DNA of 59,726 nucleotides, the filler included, from Sluysia triapertura (taxonomy: Eukaryota), in NCBI GenBank assembly GCA_046118255.1. It is 5 parts of 5 records of this genome, joined end to end, with 100 filler letters (N's around TTAATTAATTAA, not from the genome) between each part and the next. Parts side by side here need not be neighbours in the genome. Positions count along the whole stretch, not along the records: positions 48,809 to 59,726 come from JBJNIA010191529.1; 4 more parts are not named here. One strand, given 5' to 3'. Below the pieces are notes generated by a model. That model was not told where the DNA came from. It made no database searches and saw only the letters and a list, made by a program, of their open reading frames with translations. This document shows positions 51,607-59,726 of this stretch, in pieces. A program made the position numbers and the translations under genes. The stretch's first letter is position 1. Each line of letters starts with the position of its first letter.

Positions 51607-52801
51607 ATTATTTATTTATAAAAATATTAATATTAATGGCCAAACTTTTAATAAATTATTTTCCAACTTTGTTGTGCTTAGATATCATTGAAAACATAGA
51701 TAATTGTAGATTTATTGTAGAAATAGATGATGACAGTCAATATTATTTCTCATCAAAAGATCTAGAATATAATAATTCAACGATATTTTTGATTTTTTTT
51801 GAATGTTGAAATTTGCATTAAAGATATAATTAAAGATAAAATGGAACTAAAATTAAAAGAAATTAAAAATTTTGTTTGTTTATTTATTATATGTTTTAAT
51901 AATTCATTAAATACCTTGCTTAGAGTTCGGTTTTTGAAAGTGTAAAAGTTTATTTAATAATAAAAAACACAATAACAATTCATAAATTCTGATTATGCCA
52001 ATAATAGTACCAAATATTGTTACAATAATAATACTAATAATAATACAAATATTTGTAATAATGATAATAATAATAATAAAATAATTATTTTTCAATAAAA
52101 CATTGACAAAGCAAAATATTATATTATATTATAATTCCTTTTCTGTTTTCTGTTTACTGTTTTAATAATATTTATTCTTAATATTTTATTTTATCCTTAA
52201 TATTTAAGGACGATGTGTTTATTCTTATTCATTCTATCAATTGCTACAATAATATTTCTGATAAATTAATGTAAATAAATAAATATCAAAAGAAGAACAT
52301 AAGTCAAAATTAATTAAGATTGCACTTAGTTCAAAATTATACAACACTAAAACCTGAATATTATAGTATATTTTATATTATTAAAAATAAACAGTAAAGT
52401 TTAGCTTAGCTTTTGGAAGCACATTAAAAACTAAGTATAATATTAATATAATTCAATTATTAACCTCGAAAATTATTTTAAAGAAAATTTATCAAAGTAA
52501 ACGCAATTAAAATTTGAAATTATTACATATTTTATTTTATTTATATTTCTTACAAAAATAAAAAAATTATAAAACAAATAAGTAATAATTTTTATTTTCA
52601 AATTCTATTAATGAATAATTGATTTTTCTTTAATAATTATTAAAACAGAAACTGTCAATTAATTATGTTTCAAGAAACAAATTATTCATTGTATAAAAAA
52701 GAATCAGTTCCAATTATTACTCACAAAAAGGGATTAATAATTGGACAACATTTTATTTATTTTATTGCCGTTTAAAACAAAACTTTCTTTGGACTTTTAA
52801 A

Positions 52802-52802
<1 letters not shown>

Positions 52803-52844
<42 letters not shown>

Positions 52845-52858
52845 GTAATAATAATAAT
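52803..52858. repeat. (AAT)n microsatellite
   Basis: Directly visible. Confidence 0.9.
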
Positions 52859-54112
52859 GTAAAATTTAAATAAACAAATCTAAATAAAACAAATTTGAAT
52901 TTATAGTCTAAACAAAATGTTTCATATTAACCCCAATCAATCTTGTTTGACATTTTCAATCTTTATTTCATTAGTAAAAATAAATAATAATATTTTATAC
53001 TTTTATAGCTAAATGTAAAGGTCAAGTCAATCTCTAATGGAGAAAAATGATGATACATAAATGATAAATATACATTTCATTGTTTTTGAAATATATTTTA
53101 TTAATATTAACATTAATAATATTAATTAATAAACTTTTAAAAATTAAACATTACTAAATTACAGTATTCATAGTGATGAAATATTAAAAAAAGTAACCAA
53201 TAGATTTTAAATAAGATAAATTTTGATAAATCAAAAACAATTATAAAATTAAATTTTATTTTAATTTAATATTAAAAATATTTAAATACAAAAAATTGCA
53301 TGCATGTGTAGATACAGTTTCAATTTTTTAATATTTCCTATTTTATATTACAAATACGTCATTGCACGTGCAGAAATTACATTTTATATTTTATGATTTA
53401 TATTTTCATTAATTTAAACACGTGCTGGTAGTTGTAGTTTACATTTAAATAATAATAATTATTATATTATACTATTATTATATTATTATTATTATTATAT
53501 ACCGCTACTTCTACAATATTTATGAAAGAATTACATTATATGTGCCTACCACATCGTAAGTGCTTTCGTTCATAGTAAACGTCTTCTCTTGCTTGTGTGT
53601 TATTTAATTTTTGTAGAAATTTGATTGCTTGTAACTTTTTAAATATTAAAATGAATTTACTTTTTATTTTAATAAATTTTTATAACTTAAATAATTTATT
53701 TGGCTCTAATTATTAAATATTATGTAATTAATCTTTTAGAGATTTTGTTTAAGATTTTGAGTATTTTCGTAATTTTGAATCAGAAAGTGATTCAGAAACA
53801 GATATTTATATGAATTCATCGGACGAAGAAGAAACTGGATCGTAGGAAATTTTAAGACACAAAATGCGATTTTCGACGAAAGCCAATATGGTATTGCTTA
53901 AAATGAAAAAAAATTATACATTCAGTACGAAATAAAAGTGATGGAAGAAAGTATAAGGCTAAATAGGAAACCATAGATACCATGATATTTATTTGCTGTA
54001 AATAACAGTTATGCTTATATCCCAAACAAAGGAAGCAAACTAAAGTATTATTGGTCCATTGAGTAAAGTTTCTTGACGGAGAAAATTAGAGTGTTTTTTA
54101 CTTCCGGAAAAA

Positions 54113-54932
54113 ATTGCTGTGGTTTTTATTAATATTTGAGTTTAAACCTAAGGCAAAATAGAAAATTGAGCAGGATCCGGTTACAGTAAGCGTCTTACTT
54201 CGTAAAGAAGGGATATCTGTAACAAAATAAGTTAAACTAAATAAAGAAATTAAATCTATACTCTTATAACTAGAGGGTCTAATAAATTCACAAACAACTA
54301 ACAGAACTATTTCTTAACGAATTAAAACTTTATACAACTTGAATTATAGTACAGAATAAAGATGAAAGAATAAAAGGAATTATGAAATTTATTATTAAAA
54401 CTTCTATGAGTCTTTAATAATTAATGAGTATCAGTTTAAACTAGATTTTACCCCTCAATATATCGGGAACCTTAAGACTAAATTAAACATAAGATGAATT
54501 TACGTAGATTTTATGATATTAGTTTTCTTAGGCAAAACAAATACCAGTCTTAATAAAAACAAATTACTTGTTTCATGGATTGAAAAATAGTTACGAGCAG
54601 ATGATTCGCGATGTTTCTTGAAAGTTTAATTCGCATAGAATGGATGGTAATTTAGATCCGTTTGATAAAAATGTAAACAATGATAATATTGCAGATGGCT
54701 ACTTTCACTACAACTAATATTATTACAAATAGCGATTTTCATTGTATTGATGCTAGTTTATATACTAGTCATCATCTTTTTTAGAAAAAATAATTGTTGG
54801 AAAATAATTGTTTTTTAATTAATTTTAAATGATTTTAGAATATTTTTTATGATTTTAAATAATTTTAAATAACTTTAAGGTGTCATTATGACATCTTAAA
54901 ATTATTTTGTATGGTTGTGATGGCAACCTAAT
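54113..54932 (+). repeat. Dispersed repeat R1, copy 3
   Basis: tgctgtggtttt..aacctaaggcaaaatagaaaattgagcaggatccggttacagtaag..; ends ggttgtgatggcaacc-taa. Confidence 0.8.
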
Positions 54933-56775
54933 ACTTTTAATAAATTCAATAATAAATATAACTACTATGAATTATCCAAAAGCTAATACGATGATTTCCC
55001 ACAGTTATTGGGTTGTATGTTGTGGTATTGGCCACATGAGTATTGATAATGTTAGAGTTTATTTTGTTTTATAATTATAGTTTTAAAAATGGGTTCGAAA
55101 TAGATATTTCCACGTTCAATTGTAAGGTTGGTTGAATTTGTAAAATTTGTTGAAACTTATGATGTTTTTACAAACTGTGATATAATTCTAATTATGTGAT
55201 AGAATCTTTTGTTTAAATGCTAAAATTTATATTGCTAGGTTTTTATTTATCTTTTTAGTTTGTTTAATTATAAAAGAATTATTTTTATGGGGGTTACCAA
55301 CATTAATTGCAAAATTTTTAGATGATTTGTATTTGTTTTACTATTTGATGTTAAAATATTATTTTTTTCTCTTTTTATGATTTACAATTGGTTTATATTT
55401 TTAATCTTATTTTAATGCGCTTAGTGTGCTTTAGTGTGTTTTATCTTATCTTATTGTCTGCGTAAAATTATAAGTGAACGAATATCATAAATTTTTTAAA
55501 TTAACGTGTTTATTTGTTTTGTATTTTATTTTATTTAAAAGTCATTAAAATGGGACAGTACTTTAGAAAACAATATTGAAAGATTGATTAAAGTTGTAAA
55601 ATTGTGTAGATCGATTATGAAAGTGTGAATTGTAATTTTAATAAAGTATAATATTTAAGAATGTAAATTAATCCCTTGTTCATTTTATGTATTTTGAGGT
55701 ATTAAGATGAGAAAATAGAATATTTATGAAAAATCTCCAGAATGGACTTAATTTCATTGTCAGAACATTTTGGTAACTAATTAAAGTTTTGGCGTAACTC
55801 GAATTCATGTTACTGTGCATACTGTGTACCATTTATTTGACATTTAAAAAGCTAGAATTCTGCCTATTGTGGGCAGTTATTTGGTCTACACCTAAAGCAA
55901 TAATTTTTAAAATTTTCCATTTAGTAGTGGCGGTCAATCTTATTATTATCTCAGTAAACAAATAAACAATCAAAGCACCATAAATCTAATATTTACAAAT
56001 TCATTTATGATCATATACAAGATAATATCAGTTGTTTTCAATAATTGTGCGCTTTTCTCGAATTTGTGAAAATTTAGTAAATTTATGGTTATAAAATAAA
56101 GTGCGAAACAATGAATTTAAAAAAATGCGTTCTATGAATTTTTGTTGAATCTTGAAATTAATAAACTTTCGTAAAAACACTAATACTTTTGTTATTTTAT
56201 AGCACCATAATTATTTTCGATTGTACAAAATAGACAGTTTACTATAAGTTTATGTTAAACAATTGCTAAAGCTAATTCAAAAATAAATGTTTTATTTCAA
56301 ATCTATTATAAATTAGACGTTTGTACTTAAAAATCTCTATTTCTTACATTAGTAAATAAATATTAAAAAATACGTTTTCGTGGTAATTCCAAAGATGGTG
56401 AATTATTGGTATACATTTAAAAACATTCTTTTGTAAAGTCAGAAAATTGAAAATCTTAATTTTTTTAAAAACAATGTATTATATAAAGTTGCTTAGTTAT
56501 TTTTTATCATACCGTATTTTCTAACTTCATGATTAGCCTGGCATTGTATCCGACTATGAATTTTTGTTTTATTTGAATTATATCTGAGAATTATACAGTT
56601 CATGTTATTACTTTAACTTTGTGAATATTTCTAGTTTTAATATTGTATATTTTTTGAATATTAGTATTTATATTGCCTGTTAGATAATTTTTTATATATA
56701 TCTTTATTATTTACTAAGAAAATGTTATTTGATGTCGGAGTTTGATCTTGTATTGTGATTATATATAATGTGTGA

Positions 56776-56827
<52 letters not shown>
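56776..56827. repeat. (TTA)n microsatellite
   Basis: Directly visible. Confidence 0.9.
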
Positions 56828-58105
56828 GTAAAATTTAAAAATGTTGGTTAATTAAAATAATTAAAAAGTAGTTCGTAAAAGTCGAATGTCTTTGAATACT
56901 TTATTATATCGATAGATTTATATATGCTTGTAATCAATGTAAGTTTCTTTATGAATTCTTGTAATAATATTCTAATCATTTTATCACTATATTCACCTTA
57001 TTCTAATTTTAATTATGATCTTTTATGTCTGTGAAATTTAGAATTCTTTAATGTAAAGTTTACAATATGTTAATATTCTTCAACGTTTTTGAATTTTTAA
57101 TTTATTCTTAATTTCGGCTAATAGTCTACATTTTTTAAATCATACTTCAATTATTGCTTGTCAGTAACAACTTAAATTCTTTTTCGTAATTATCTCACCT
57201 TTTATCGTATAAGTTTTTATTGTTTCACTTTACAAGAATATTTATACGTTAGAATTGTGAGATTTGATACTCGTTTCGATGACCTGAAGTGGAAACGCGA
57301 AAATAAGTTTTGCTTTTATTTTCTTTTTAGATTTTGTTTTGTTCAGTGAGAATATTTAGATGCACTTTGAATATTATTTTATTTACTTTCTCTGGGGGCT
57401 CTCTTTCAATAATTAGTTTAAAAAATTTATTAAATAAACACGCAATTATTCTAGAAACGAAATTATCAGTTAAATAAATATCAATAAAGTTAACCAATTT
57501 AGATTATTAATAATATAGCAATCTTCAGACTTAAAATAACAGAAGTTACTCACTAACAATTAATCCAAAGCAAGCTAATATCGTTTATTCAAGTTAAATT
57601 GTTCAGATAAATTCCAAGATTGTTATTGATCGTTTGAATATTGCTTGTCAAAGTTAGACTATTCAAATAAATTTGAAGAATGTTATTAATTTTTAGTTGT
57701 TAAATTCCATTATTCCTTTTTGTACACCAAAAACTAATTATCTATATAGATGAAAAAATTTTATGATTATCTAGCTGTTAGTAATTTATAATAATTTCTA
57801 TTTTTTTGAACTATTTATACTACTAGTCCTCTTGTATTTTATAATTTATTTTTATTCTATCAATATTGGTAAAACTAGTGGAAATTCAAATTTTATCAGT
57901 ATATAATACATTAGTATCTGGTAAATAACATAATAAATAATAATTTCGTGATAATATAATTATTTCATTAGTAATAAAATAATATAATAAATGTACAATA
58001 ATAATCAGTAGTAATAAATGAATAGTAATAATATATTAATATAATTAACACGGAATAATAATTTCGTCAGTCATAATAACTAGTATTTTCGACTGAAGTT
58101 GTTAT

Positions 58106-58348
58106 TGTAGTGTTCAACTCACTCACAAACCTTCAATAAACTCAACTACAAATATCCAATACACAGTACACCTTTGCCACACCTTGTACACATAACAACA
58201 CCTAAAATATAACACATCTTAATCATATTATACTAATATCTCTTAACTTAAATAGAGTATAACATACCTAAATTGCAATAATTTATCGAATAACGGTACT
58301 TCAATCCGCTGATATCGTCCCACTCAACTATACCAACATTGTGTGAAT
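58106..58348 (+). mobile_element. Solo 5' arm of the E-type subfamily
   Basis: tgtagtgttcaactcactcac...ttcaatccgctgatatcg...caactataccaacattgtgt aligns with the reverse complement of 41445-41723. Confidence 0.8.
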
Positions 58349-58789
58349 CACTTTTATCATTATTATTATTATCATTATTTGTAACATCATCATTATTATT
58401 ATTATTAAAGTTTTAATACTTAACTTAATCGTTTTCTATATTTTATTTTTGCATAGAACTAAAACTTTAATCATAAATTAATATCTTCGAGTCAAATAAA
58501 TTACAACATTTTAATTGTCAACATTTGAATTAAATAAAAATAAAGTTTATTTGTCTTGTACGATATTTCCTGTCTTTGTTTTTACATATTCTGTATCTTT
58601 ATAATTGTTCTTCGACACAGACTGTAACAAAATGAGTATTGTAATTAACAGACTTTAACGTAATAGAATAAATAGAAAATATTAAATTCATATTCTCCTT
58701 CTTATTATTAATATTAATAACAATAATTATTATTATTAGTGTTCTTATATTTACAAATACCTTTCTTTATTATTATTATTAATTATTAT

Positions 58790-59210
58790 CATTATTATTT
58801 ATATAACTGAAAGACATTTGTTTTAGTTTTCACATTTTGTAGTATTCCCAAGAGATATTCAGGACTTCCATAACGTCACAAATTGGAATTCTACTCTTGT
58901 TTTTATTAGTAATCACTGTAATTTTTAAGACAAGATATTACTTAAAAATTTACCTAAAATGTACCATTCTTATATTCTACATGATAAATGAATAAGTAGT
59001 TTTATACATTATTTTCTAATCGATATTTTTATCTTATCATATTCAAGGCTGTTTTAATTGTTTTAAGATACATGGAAGAGATTTTAACATACTTAGCATA
59101 CCATCGGTTAAGCGTACAAGTATCGCACTATGGAATCTACGCATTACTATTGTGAATTAACTTATGAGACAAACAATATCCGAATTCACTGAAATATTTT
59201 TTTATCTCTA
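58790..59210 (-). mobile_element. Decayed L2/CR1-like LINE 3' remnant
   Basis: Minus strand KLQ*LLIKTRVEFQ...YGSPEYL resembles LHWLPI..RI.FK...G..PEYL. Confidence 0.45.
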
Positions 59211-59438
59211 TTTCAACAATTATAATTGTATAGAATAACACAACTTTATTCAACAAATAACTTTAAATAATCAAATTCATTACATTTATTTAATTGTGCT
59301 AAATTATTTTACCTTGTATTGATTGTAAAACATTCAATGTATTTCATTTCTTTACTAAATCAAGAAGCAATTATGTAGTATAGTTTTTATTGAAATATGT
59401 ACTATTTTATTTACTGATAATGAGTTATTCGTAATGCT

Positions 59439-59440
<2 letters not shown>

Positions 59441-59488
<48 letters not shown>
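59441..59488. repeat. (TTA)n microsatellite
   Basis: Directly visible. Confidence 0.9.
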
Positions 59489-59726
59489 GTTAAGTATTGA
59501 ACTTTATACTTCGTGAACTTTAAACATTGTAATGTTTACTACTGCATTATTTATATTAGTCTATATTTATTTTCTGAAACTTTTTCGTCAATTATAACAT
59601 TTTGGATTTTTATAATTAATTATTTATTAGTTTCGTAAAAATTTTCGGAATTTTTATTTAATCAGTTAATAATTTTAAGTGGACTATTAAAAGTAAGAAT
59701 TTTCATATTTAAATATTTTATTTAAA

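Overview
Very AT-rich (about 20-25% GC by eye) animal nuclear DNA, made of five contigs joined by artificial 100-bp N-TTAATTAATTAA-N spacers. Two host genes are recognisable: three internal exons of splicing factor SF3B3 (+, 3419-5685) and the first five exons of a CCDC186-like coiled-coil gene (-, 21298-15702). The rest is decayed mobile DNA, including L2/CR1-type LINE remnants, a mariner 3' end and two structured dispersed repeats. The main observation is a high-copy family of roughly 2.5-3 kb cargo-carrying cassettes that I cannot assign to a named element. The consensus layout is: a TGTGRTGGMCAAC-like terminus, a C/A-skewed arm, an AAT tract, a covarying hairpin, a CCAAT-box palindrome, a variable intronless ORF, a shared 3' module, and a degenerate GGCCATCACA-like end. 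Four copies show the full internal architecture (23928-26500 +, about 27465-29790 -, 42654-45531 +, 48809-51377 +), and several partial or divergent copies occur elsewhere. The cargoes differ between copies and include a Macro-like domain resembling the Macro-TIR family, plus CCCH, zf-CW and PHD-like fingers. All cargo copies in this window carry stops or frameshifts. Every alignment and domain call was made by eye and needs computational confirmation.
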